From Podarcis erhardii (taxonomy: Eukaryota): a DNA stretch of 64,000 nt. Shown here one piece after another: positions 1-10,216 of this stretch (position 1 is its first letter; every line of letters begins with the position of its first letter). Location: the NCBI GenBank assembly GCA_964252035.1, contig OZ176204.1; one strand, written 5' to 3'. Both the position numbers and the translations under genes were made by a program. Below the pieces are notes generated by a model. That model was not told the DNA's origin. It saw only the letters and a program-made list of their open reading frames with translations, and searched no databases.

Positions 1-130
1 ATCACTGCCTCACAGCCTATCCGGCCCTACAGGATTGTTGTGGGAATTAAATGAGGAGGAGAAGGGAAAGAATCAAGTGCACCACCTTGAGCTCATTGGA
101 GGAAAAGGTGTGATATAAATGCAAAAATTA
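1..130 (+). mobile_element. 3' part of MIR/Ther1-like (Squam3-type) SINE
   Basis: cctcacagcctatccggccctacaggattgttgtgggaattaaatg...ggaggaaaaggtgtgatataaatg resembles the squamate CORE-SINE body and tail; cut by the window edge. Confidence 0.55.
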
Positions 131-581
131 AAAACCAACATTCCAGTTGCCACATTAGATCCACACACTAGCCTGGGAAATGCAGATCAGGTCAGTTTGC
201 ACTGGAAGTCATGGAAATTGAAATCTACATGTATACTTGGGACTCTATGGGCAGAACACGATGGCCTCTTTTGTTGGCCATGAGATCCAAGTGCCCCCTG
301 TCTCCTAGAAAGAACATCAGAGCCAAGGTGGTAGTGGGGAGAGAAACCAACCTGGCCCCAATCCATCAGCCAAAGAAGGAGCAACTCTGCTGCAACTGCC
401 AGTTGGCATTGGACTGGGGAAAGAACACTCTGGTTCCTTCCATTGGCCAAAAGATCAAGAGGCACCCATTGCTACCCAAGCAAGAACACCACTCAGCACT
501 TTGCTCTGATCTAGAAGAACTCCTCCCCCTTTCCCTTTCCTTTCCTCCTCTTCCACTCTCTTTCCCTTGTGCGTCTTGCAG

Positions 582-691
582 GAGTGGCTCACCCAGAGGG
601 GCAGAACCTCAGCAGTAGCCTCCTGGCAGTGGTGAACTGGATCCGCTGGTGCATCTGTGCTGCTCCAGCCTCACCGATGCCTCGCCTCTTG
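582..691 (+). other. candidate internal exon of an unidentified transcript
   Basis: long polypyrimidine tract then ttgcAG (580-581); donor TTG|GTAAGA at 692; one open frame (VAHPEGQNLSSSLLAVVNWIRWCICAAPASPMPRLL); no recognisable homology. Confidence 0.3.
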
Positions 692-1517
692 GTAAGAGGT
701 AGCAAGACTGCTACTGGGAGGCTATTGCTGTGCCTCCGCTGTTCTCTGGCAAACCACACCAAGTGCCTTTGCTTTTTTATGTCTGATGTCAGCACCAATC
801 TTGCCTTTTTCTTGATGGGAATTGCTTTGGGAGATAATTTTCATCTAAAACATGAGGGGTTTGCTTGTTTGTTTGTTTATTCTGCCTGTCTTCTATTTGT
901 ACCTCACTTTTCTTCCATCATGGAATCCAAGGCAGTATACATGTGTTTTCCAGGTTGCCTTTCATGCAGGCACTGAGCAGACCTGGAACTGCTTTTTTTA
1001 AGCAAGATGGTGACTTTGTGTACCATCAGACCACTCCCTGGACCAAGTGCATACCTTTGATGTGGCTGGCTGCAAGCTAGTGTAGGTGACACCATGTCCT
1101 AGACTTGACAGGTCTTCATGGCACTGTTCTCAGATGCATCTGCTGATTCCTGCCAGGGAACTCTCAAAGGTAAGTGATGGATGGGTGAATTGTTCTTCAG
1201 CACATTTCTGGTGATGTTCTCAAAATTTCTCTTCTGAGGATCTCTGGCTCAGGAGACTGCTTGTTCACATTCAGTATCTATTTCATGGGACACAACTTGA
1301 CCCTCCTTACAGAATCATTTGCACATCTCCCAGCTCAAATACAACATAGCCTGAGTTCTTTGCCAGTTAGCCTTTACAATGTAAACAAAGGCCAAAGTAA
1401 ACGTGCATAGGCATGGTGTCTATGTTCTACCTCCACTATCAGAGTTGCTAGGAATCACACAAGGATGAAGATCCTATAGAAGATCCTTCCAGCCACTGCA
1501 GTAACAAAATGTTGGAT

Positions 1518-1630
1518 TCAGAGCATCGCAGAGTTGGAAGAGACCACAAGGGCCCAACCCACTGCAGTGCAGGAATCACAGCTAAAAAAATCCCCAACAG
1601 ATGGCTAGCCAACTTCTGTTTAAAAACTTC
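1518..1630 (-). mobile_element. CR1 LINE 3' terminal fragment
   Basis: agagttggaagagaccacaagggcc...cagatggctagccaacttctgtttaaaaacttcc is the reverse complement of the CR1 3' end seen intact at 48700-48848. Confidence 0.75.
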
Positions 1631-2529
1631 CACAAATTCCACTAAGAAGAGTCCATTACTTTTGAACAGCTCTTACTGTCAGAAAGTTCTTCCTTATGCT
1701 CTTATGTAAGCCTGTGCTTGAGAATTGGGGGGGGGGGGGAGGGGGACCAAACAAGGCTGCAGACAATTCATTACAAACATAGATAGGGAAAGTATTTCAG
1801 ATGCATTACATTTACAAAAGAATATGAAGTTTAATGAATGCTAATGATCATGGATTGACTGAGAGGTTTCCAGCCTGAGGAAAGCAGGGTCATAAGAGTT
1901 TTATGATGCCAGTGAAGGACAGAAATCATTATGGATAATAAATGGTATTAAGAGGCAGCAGGCATAAGCTACAGCCATGAATATTTAACATTTGGAGTCA
2001 TCAAGGTGCTGGATTTTGTACAGAAAACAGAAGCGACATTGCCTCTGCCCTTACAAACCACAATTGGCGGAGGAGATGAGAACAACCTAGTTGGCCTGCA
2101 CCAGTAATTAATTCATTTTGAATTGTCAGGGCAGAAGTAAGAGTTCAGAAGTTACTGCAGAAAGTGCAATCAGTAGAAGAATGCAAAGGAACCTGAGTGT
2201 ATGCATGCTTACTTGAAAATAAGTCCCACTGCATTCAGCGATGGCTACTCCCAAGAAAGTGTCAATAGGTTTGTAATCGAGGTAACTGAACAATAAATTA
2301 GCAGATAAAAAACCAGTGCTGAGAAATCCAACGTAAAGTGCATTGGTATCGGCATGTGAAGCACATTCCATCAGGGTGCACACCCTAAACAGATATAGAA
2401 GAGGAGATTGCTGCAATTCACATGCTTGTTTATGGTCAGGAACAGAAATCAATCAAGTCAATGCTGACTGGCATTTGCTCATTTTTCTTTCTTTCTTTTT
2501 AAAAAATGCAAGCGATATGTTGGCCTTAA

Positions 2530-2660
2530 ATATCAGCTGCCGGGAATCACAAGAATGCTGTTGTGCTCTGGTACCATAGGCATTTGTTTGTCTGCTGGGG
2601 GAAAAGGATGCTGAACCAAATGGAACTTTGGTCTGACCCAGCAAGGCTATTCTTATGTTC
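2530..2660 (+). mobile_element. degraded CR1/LF-SINE-type 3' tail
   Basis: ends ggtctgacccagcaaggctattcttatgttc, the CTTATGTT-type CR1 tail. Confidence 0.55.
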
Positions 2661-2794
2661 CATGTGCATTTGCCCACCAGGGTTCATGGGCTTGTAGTCC
2701 AGCCCCAAATGTTATTCAAACACTGACAAGTCTGTCACTGAAGACTTGTAGGCTAGAAAGTTGCACACTGACAGAAGCTGAGATTTTCAGGATA

Positions 2795-3036
2795 CAGTGG
2801 TATCTCGGATTACAGACGTTTCAGGTTACAGACGCTTCAGGTTACAGACTCCGCTAACCCAGAAATAGTACCTCGGGTTAAGAACTTTGCTTCAGGATGA
2901 GAACAGAAATCGTGCTCCGCCAGCACGGCGGCAGCAGGAGGCCCCATTAGCTAAAGTGGTGCTTCAGGTTAAGAACAGTTTCAGGTTAAGAACAGACCTC
3001 CGGAATGAATTAAGTTCTTAACCCGAGGTACCACTG
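2795..3036. mobile_element. Tc1/mariner (Tigger-like) MITE, 242 bp
   Basis: TIRs cagtggta(t/c)ctcgg; TA duplicated at 2793-94 and 3037-38; second copy inverted at 4857-5098. Confidence 0.9.
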
Positions 3037-4628
3037 TACTGACTGACTTCTACATGTGATCAGATCACAGAATCCAGCAGTGCTGTTTCTAGACAGTTTA
3101 TCTCTAAGCAGGGCTGTCTGCATTCGCTACAATGATGTTTTCAGTGCTGTTGCTTGCCTTGTATAATAGTATATCTTGAGGGTTACTTCAGCAATGTTTT
3201 GCAGTCTGTTCATTAATGGTCCATCAGCATTCTCACCCACCAATCTTTTTTTCTACATGGAAAAGAACCAGAATTGTATGCGGAAACAGCTGCAGGCACC
3301 AGGTTGTAGCACTTTCAAAACAAGTTGGATTTGTGTGCGTGCATGCGCATGAATCATACACAGTGGAATATGTTTGCCTCCTTAGGCTTACCCGCATTGC
3401 AGATCTCTGAAGGAAGGCATGAGCTTAAGGTCAATGTGGGGACTGTGAAGATCCACAGAGGATCACTTCTGGAAGAATGGCCGCTAACAGAACTGACCTT
3501 TCAAGAAGACCCCAGTTCACCTCTATAGGAGCCAGGGTGGCACCAGAGTCAAGCCAGCCAAGAGAAGGGTGAGGCAGGGAACAGCTGCTCCACCTAAGAC
3601 TCTTGGAGTTAATAAACAGTCAAGAGGCATCTGCTAAAGGCCAAGGGTGACTGGCTCATGGCTTCTAAACCTTCTCTTGCCAGCAGGGAAGTACAGGGGA
3701 AATAGGCTTCCCATAACTCCAGCTGAAGCATTTTTTAAAAGTGTAAGTCTGATGTGACAGCCATGAAAAGAACGTGAGATGAGGCCCCACTAATTGCATG
3801 AATGGCATTTTGTCTGGGGTCCATCTAGTCCAACATCCTAACACTAGCCAAATGCGCCTCAGGAGCCCACAAACAAGCCAATAGCCCTTCCCTGTCGCTT
3901 GCCTCACTTTCTAAGCACACGCCTTCTCCTCAAGAATCACAGGAGCTGTAGTTTGTAAAGGGTGCTGGGAATGGCATTTCCATGAGAGAGTAAACTATAG
4001 TTCCAAGGATTCCTTGGGGGAAGCCATAGCTGTTACAGTGATGTAAAGGTGCTTAAATGTATGGTTTGGGTACTGAATCCCTGTTCAGAGGAATATTGCC
4101 TCTGAATCTCAAGGTTTCCTTAGCTATCAGGACTGATACCCATAGAAAGTAGAAAAAGGACATACCCTTTGTTAATGTGTGGGTTGCGAAAATATATGAT
4201 AGCAGCTCGGGAAATGATAGTTTTTGTGATAAGAACGAAAATTCAGATGAGAATCTGCTAACGCATTTACTAAAAAGAAGAAATCGTATATGTTCTGGTA
4301 TCCTTTCCTCTTCCTTATTTTTTATTGTGTATGCTAGATGTGAGTGGACTATAGATGCTTGATACTGGACTTATTTGCATTTCCAGGCAAAGGAATGAAT
4401 GAAATGAGAAATAAAACAGTAATTTAAAAAGTACAATAGGCCAGCAGTAGAGTGTGTGCTTTGCATTCAGAAGGTCCCAATTTTCTGTCTCTGTTTTATC
4501 CTCTTCCATTCTGTGTTATGGTCCCAAATCTGTGATCTTGATTTGTTGTTCCCATGGCTGCTATTTTTAAAATGCAAATATGACTGCATAAATGACCAAA
4601 CATTCAATGTAGTTTGGCCCTAAGATAT

Positions 4629-4721
4629 AAGGTTGGTCATGACTCATTCCTGAGTACCTAAATCAAGTGTCAGGAATTTAGCAAACTCACAGTCTGCCAG
4701 GAATGAGTCATGACCAACCTT
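4629..4721. repeat. perfect 24-bp inverted repeat, each arm carrying an AP-1 palindrome
   Basis: aaggttggtcatgactcattcctg (4629-4652) and caggaatgagtcatgaccaacctt (4698-4721); 45-nt spacer. Confidence 0.95.
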
Positions 4722-4856
4722 GGGGTGGTATGCTCTCCATCTCCTCTCTTCCTCACTAAACTCATCATAAAAAAGAGGCCAAGAGACAGAGTTTTGCATA
4801 AAATTTGCATGTGCTAATTTATATGTATAAATGCGAAATTAGAAACAATGACTGTA

Positions 4857-5098
4857 CAGTGGTACCTCGGGTTAAGTACTTAATTCGTTCCAGAGGTCCG
4901 TTCTTAACCTGAAACTGTTCTTAACCTGAAGCACCACTTTAGCTAATGGGGCCTCCTGCTGCTGCCACGCCGCAAGATCACAATTGCTGTTCTCATCCTG
5001 AAGCAAAGTTCTTAACCCGAGGTACTATTTCTGGGTTAGCGAAGTCTGTAACCTGAAGCGTATGTAACCTGAAGTGTATGTAGCCTGAGGTACCACTG
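4857..5098. mobile_element. Tc1/mariner (Tigger-like) MITE, 242 bp, same family as 2795-3036 in opposite orientation
   Basis: TIRs cagtggtacctc; TA at 4855-56 and 5099-5100; internal sequence is the reverse complement of the first copy. Confidence 0.9.
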
Positions 5099-5386
5099 TA
5101 GTATAAATATAATACATCTCACCACAGTGGGGAAGACCATGACCAGAAGGCATACCACTTCCTACTCAGTTTGCCATTCAGGTATTCACTGTTGATGGTC
5201 AACTTCTTGGTCCGTGCTCTTCCTTCTTAGGTTTATCCTTAACCTGAGATTGGTTTAGACAGTCCTTCAAATAGAAGCCACCTTCAAATAAAGGACGCTC
5301 CCCTAACAACCCTTCAAATAGAAGATAGTCTTCTGTTACATGGAACAAATGGTCAGTCAATTCTTCATATGCAAGAGGAGTAGAGT

Positions 5387-5530
5387 TTTTCTTTTTTTAT
5401 ATAACTTTTATTAGTTTTTCAGATTTTACCAATTCTTTTAAATAATCTTCAGAACATATATCTCTTCTCCGTTGACTTCCCATCCACCCTTCCATGGTTT
5501 AATTTTTTTCCTTATAAAGTTTATAAAGTC
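5387..5530 (-). mobile_element. probable L1-type 3'UTR/poly(A) remnant
   Basis: T-rich start with ttttatt (AATAAA on minus), followed by ttgacttcccatccaccc, a motif I recall from lizard L1 3'UTRs; no TSD found. Confidence 0.4.
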
Positions 5531-6096
5531 ACTTTCTAACAAACCACAGTTTTGCTTTGCATTCAACCTTGGGGAACTGTGGACTGTTGTGACCAAAGTT
5601 AGTTAATGCCAACCAGGATCAAACCACTGATTTAGCTTCAAGTTTGCTTATGTAGATGTGATGTCATCATAGGGTCATTCAATATGGAAAAAAACAGTTT
5701 TGTTGACACAATGGAACACGCTCACACTCTGAAATGCTTTGAACAACATATCCCACCCTCCAGTCAGTGCTTTCTCCTAATGAAACCAAATGGTTTTGTT
5801 CCCACTTGAAAAACAAGCACCTCTGGCATTTCTTTTAATTGGAATACATTGTTTTGTTACTCCTGAAAAGTTGGAATGCTTTTAAGAGAAATTGTATAAC
5901 AGCTAAACACCAGAAGTATCATATTGATTCATCACAAAACATACCATTATTATCTGTCAATCCTCCCCCCCCATAATCTCATCAGTTCATTTCAGCAAAA
6001 ATTGACTGATAATAAGGACACGCTAGGCTATGTGATCGTTAAAAGGCAGATGTAATGAAGGTGTGTATAGTCTGCTGATGGATTTATTTATATAGC

Positions 6097-6343
6097 TAGA
6101 GCCAGTCAAAGCCGTAGCGGAGCAAGGTGGGTGCGGTGGATGCGGTTTGCCCCGGGTTTGATCCCTGAGGGGGGGTGACATTGCCACAGGTGGCGCCCCC
6201 GGACTCTCCCCGTCACCACCACACTCCCCTGGGATGCGTGCCAATGCAGGCTCATCCCCATGGGTGGCTAGCCCCGCCCCTGCGGATGGCTAGCCAGGCC
6301 CCCGCAGCCTCTCTGGGTGCCGGAGCAGCTAGCTCCACCTCTA
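6097..6343. mobile_element. GC-rich hAT-like MITE, degenerate ends
   Basis: CpG-rich block in AT-rich flank; ends (aaagccgtagc / gctagctccacctct) loosely resemble the CAGGGGCGTAG-type TIRs at 42409-42769; no clean TSD. Confidence 0.45.
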
Positions 6344-6545
6344 AGTCACAGAGTGTGTGAAGATCATTCTTAAAGTAAGCCAGTAGATTCATTTTTTTGT
6401 AAATAGCCTGAATTCAGCAGAGATTGATCAAATCACCCCCATCAGCTTTTAGTATCCATTTTTAGGTGAACAGGGTAGTTTGCAGCTCTACATTATTTGT
6501 TTAGGCTACTGGTGGGGAACCCATTGTTAGTTTCTGTTTGCCACT

Positions 6546-6814
6546 GTGCAGCTGCTTAGAGTCACAGGACTCTGTTTACATTCCACACATTCCATACTGT
6601 TGAAAGTCTCACGGGATGTGACGTTAGTGGTTTCCTGTTCCTTTGTTCCTTTGTTTGTTCCAGTTGCTCTCTGCTTTCATAGAGAGAGGATGTATATTTC
6701 TTTGCTGTCTGCGTAGTAAGAAATAAAACTCTTTAGCGATGTAGCCATAAATCTCATCACTTCCATGTGCTGCTTTGATTATCTGCTGGATGGGAATGTG
6801 CCTGAGGCCTTATC
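6546..6814 (+). mobile_element. possible LTR remnant
   Basis: TATA-like gatgtatattt, AATAAA near 6722, ends ...ttatCA; no TSD or PBS found. Confidence 0.25.
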
Positions 6815-6896
6815 AGAGGCTCAGGTCGTTAATTATTGTCGGAGGCGATTCCGAAGGCTTGGCCGGAGGAAAATGAGCTTTATCAGCTTGGCCGAG

Positions 6897-7032
6897 CAGA
6901 GATCCCGACACCCATGACCCTCCAGATGATGTTGGACTACAACTCCCATCATGCCTAAACATTGGCCATGATGGCTGGGTTTCATAGGAGTTAGAGTTCA
7001 ATGTCTGGAGCACCACAGATTTCCTTCTACTG
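6897..7032. mobile_element. URR1-like hAT-derived palindromic MITE
   Basis: ccctccagatgatgttggactacaactcccatca...ggagttagagttcaatgtctggag internal palindrome; more copies at 17697, 30700, 31895 and 56695. Confidence 0.65.
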
Positions 7033-7219
7033 GTTTAGGCCTACGGATTTTGGTAACCATGTAACTTTATATTTCTATTTAATTTAATTTACTGTCATCA
7101 ACAAAATGTGGCCCGTTTTGTCAGTAGTTTTGACTAATGTACAATTTTTCCTAATAAAATAGCATGTTTGTATGGTGTTTTGCACTAATACATGGGAAAT
7201 TGTGGGATCTATTTTTCTC

Positions 7220-7349
7220 GAGGTTTTTAAGCAGAGGTTGGACTGCCATTTGTCATGGATGCTTTAGCTGAGATTCCTGCATTGCTGGGGGTTGGACTAG
7301 ATGACCCTTGGGTCTCTTTCATCTCTATGGTTCTATAATTCTATGATTC
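7220..7349 (+). mobile_element. CR1 LINE 3' end
   Basis: gaggtttttaagcagaggttggac...gggggttggactagatgacccttggg...attctatgattc tail. Confidence 0.85.
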
Positions 7350-7387
7350 ATTTTTGTAAATATTGCCCTCAAAATTTGCATTTTTGT

Positions 7388-7940
7388 CATGAAATTAAAA
7401 GAGGCCTGCTTCTTGGGAAAAAAGCAATGACAAACCTAGACAGCATCTTAAAAAGCAGAGACATCAACTTGCCAACAAAGGTCCGTATAGTTAAAGCTGT
7501 GGTTTTCCCAGTAGTGATGTATGGAAGTGAGAGCTGGACCATGAAGAAGGCTGATCGCCGAAGAATTGATGCTTTTGAATTATGGTGTTGGAGGAGACTC
7601 TTGAGAGTCCCATGGACTGCAAGAAGATCAAACCTATCCATTCTTAAGGAAATCAGCCCTGAGTGCTCACTGGAAGGACAGATCGTGAAGCTGAGGCTCC
7701 AATACTTTGGCCACCTCATGAGGAGAGAAGACTCCCTGGAAAAGACCCTGATGTTGGGAAAGACTGAGGGCACAAGGAGAAGGGGACGACAGAGGACGAG
7801 ATGGTTGGACAGTGTTCTTGAAGCTACCAGCATGAGTCTGACCAAACTGCGGGAGGCAGTGGAAGACAAAAGTGCCTGGCGTGCTCTGGTCCATAGGGTC
7901 ACGAAGAGTCGGACATGACTAAACAACTAAACAACAACAA
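7388..7940 (+). mobile_element. BovB (RTE clade) LINE, 5'-truncated 3' end
   Basis: open frame HEIKRGLLLG...VMYGSESWT...DAFELWCWRRLLRVPW...LQYFGHLMRR...GRQRTRWLD...HRVTKSRT; tail gactaaacaactaaacaacaacaa. Confidence 0.95.
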
Positions 7941-8829
7941 AACATTGGTTGGAAAACTGCATCACAAAATTAGGAAAAGTGCAAATATTGATGGATGGCT
8001 GTGTTCTGGTTCTCATTTTGTTTTGAAAAATGAAAATTTCATAGATTAAGCTCTAAATGCAAACTGAATTGAATTTCTCCCCATCCTTATTAAGAAACAT
8101 ATTAGTGCATCTTTAACCATTTGCCCTCACTGCAATCAGAGCTAGACCTATCCAGATGCTTGCTATTTGCATGAGAGGAAATCTCTCATTGGTGCCAATG
8201 GGAGGTTTCATCCCACTGGGAATAGCAGATGTTTTCGGGAAGGTCTGATTGGAGAATTGCAAACAGGACAAAGATTTAAAGCACCCCCCTTTCCCTTTCC
8301 CTTTGCCAATGCCATGCCTTTTATTTAGGTTTCCCACCACCTCCATGCTGGCTCCCCACCTGTTACAGCTGCATAACACTTAAATTCAAATCCAAACTTC
8401 CTTTTTCTTTTCCTTGTTTAAAAGAAAAAAAGACTTTTGAAAACATTTGCTTAGAAAAACCACAAATACCTCTCCTAACCTCCCTGAATCATTGTTCAAT
8501 TGTATGCCATGCTTTTAGATATATAGAAGAAGAAGAAAAGCAATTTGGGTGTCAAAGTGTTTTCTTTTAGAGTTTTGCTATTGTTAAGTGAGCCATTTTG
8601 CGGAATGTATTTAACTGGTGCTTTAATGCTCTGCTCCTTGACATTTCACTAATCTACCAGCAATCATCTCCAAGTTGTTTATTGGATTTCTAGCCTTTTG
8701 GTAGGATGTAATTATTCCATTGTGCTTTGAATATTAAAATGTATGCGTGCGCACACGCACACACACACACACAATCAGACTGAAATCCAAAGTCTCTTGT
8801 TGCTGGTGTGATTCAGACTGGTGTTTAAA

Positions 8830-8831
<2 letters not shown>

Positions 8832-8864
<33 letters not shown>
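8832..8864. repeat. (CT)n microsatellite; a (CA)n tract lies at about 8752-8772
   Basis: direct reading. Confidence 0.95.
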
Positions 8865-8868
<4 letters not shown>

Positions 8869-8887
8869 ACTTGGGCTACAAAGCAGT

Positions 8888-8966
8888 GATGCCACTGGTA
8901 GGAGAATGGATGCCACTGGTAGGAGAATGGATGCCACTGGTAGGAGATGCCACTGGTAGGAGAATG
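8888..8966. repeat. 21-bp minisatellite, 4 units (third unit shortened to 16 bp)
   Basis: gatgccactggtaggagaatg repeated head to tail without spacers. Confidence 0.95.
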
Positions 8967-9157
8967 GAGAAAAGTTACAGCTTATACTACATTTGGCTTC
9001 TTCTTCCTTCTCCATTGAAAAGGACACTCAGCAAAATGGGTGGAAGCACTGTGTACTGGTAATGGTGCTATAGGAACCGTGACATGATAGGAATCTTAAG
9101 ATGGCTGAATTTGCAATTCATCTTGCAAATGAATTGGCTCTGTGAATTGACTCTAAG

Positions 9158-9248
9158 GCTGTGATCCCAACCCCACCTACCTGGGAGTAAGACCCACCAA
9201 ATTCAGTGGGACTTCCTTCTAAGTAGACATGCTTATGATTGCAGCCTA
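9158..9248. mobile_element. short palindromic dispersed repeat common in squamates
   Basis: ggctgtgatcc...ctgggagtaagacccaccaaattcagtgggacttccttctaagtagacatgcttatgattgcagcct; related copies near 19593 and 44936. Confidence 0.6.
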
Positions 9249-9389
9249 AGCCAGGAATTCCTTTTTCAGTCCTTTGGTGCAGTAGCAACTTAGCTGGAAG
9301 GAAAACTGAAACTAAACCAGATCTCTACTGATTTAGGGCAGTGGGAAATGTTTGGACCCACTGTTTTCTAGAAAACCCATATCTCTGGT

Positions 9390-9634
9390 CAGTGGTCCCC
9401 TCAACGCGGGGGACGAGGTACAGTACTTCCCACTCCATCTTTGTCTTTTACTTTTGGTGTTTTAACTTTGTGTCATGGTGTTCTGGAACTTTAAGAAATA
9501 GTCAGATTTCCTGGCAAGGTATCTATGTCTTTCCTCAACTTTGGAGACTCTGTAAACTTTCCCCAGCCATATGAAAGCTGTTGATCTATGAGCAGTCCTC
9601 ACATGACTTGTAGAATGCTAAAATGAGACCACTG
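9390..9634. mobile_element. degraded Tc1/mariner MITE
   Basis: ends cagtggtc... / ...gaccactg followed by TA; similar size to the other Tigger-like MITEs; left TA lost. Confidence 0.35.
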
Positions 9635-10121
9635 TATATGTGAGGTCCCAGTAATATCTTCTCCCATAGAACTGACCGTGCATCAGGAACAAGGTGGTCC
9701 CAATTCCATGGGAAAGAGTCACATGACGGGGGCTTGCCCATCTGGTTTGGCACCAAAATATTGTTGAGAACAGTTAAGCAGCTCCCGCAGGACTTGGAAA
9801 ATGTTTATACCTCTCAGTTATATTCCTACTCCAAACACAGTTTTGGCCCAAGTATTTTTACTGTTTGGAAGTACCTTGATGCATGAAAGCATGAGCTCCT
9901 GCTTAACTGCAGGAATATATTTGCAAGACCATTGAGGGATTAAGGAAAAAGGAGGGAAATCAATTGAATTCTTGAAACAGGTGTATCAGTTTCAGATCTA
10001 TACTTTCTTTTTGATTCCCTGTTACAATGCAAGCAAAGTGGCTTGGCCAGAAGTAAGGGGTTTTTCTTATGCGCCCCAGCCATCAGATCTGCTGTGTTCC
10101 TACACTTGCGTTCCTCTCCAG

Positions 10122-10216
10122 CAAGAGAAGCTGTACATGTACAGTTACCCAGAAGATTCATCTCTTCTGAGAAGGAAGTCAGATGGATGCAGAATTATGA
10201 AATCAGTGTGCTTCAG
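10122..10216 (+). other. candidate exon of an unidentified transcript
   Basis: acceptor ttcctctccAG (10120-21), donor CAG|GTAAGG (10217); two open frames; no homology recognised. Confidence 0.3.

Noticed and set aside
8888-8966. CRISPR-like repeat array
   Set aside because: Units are directly adjacent with no unique spacers, there are no cas genes, and the DNA is vertebrate; it is a minisatellite
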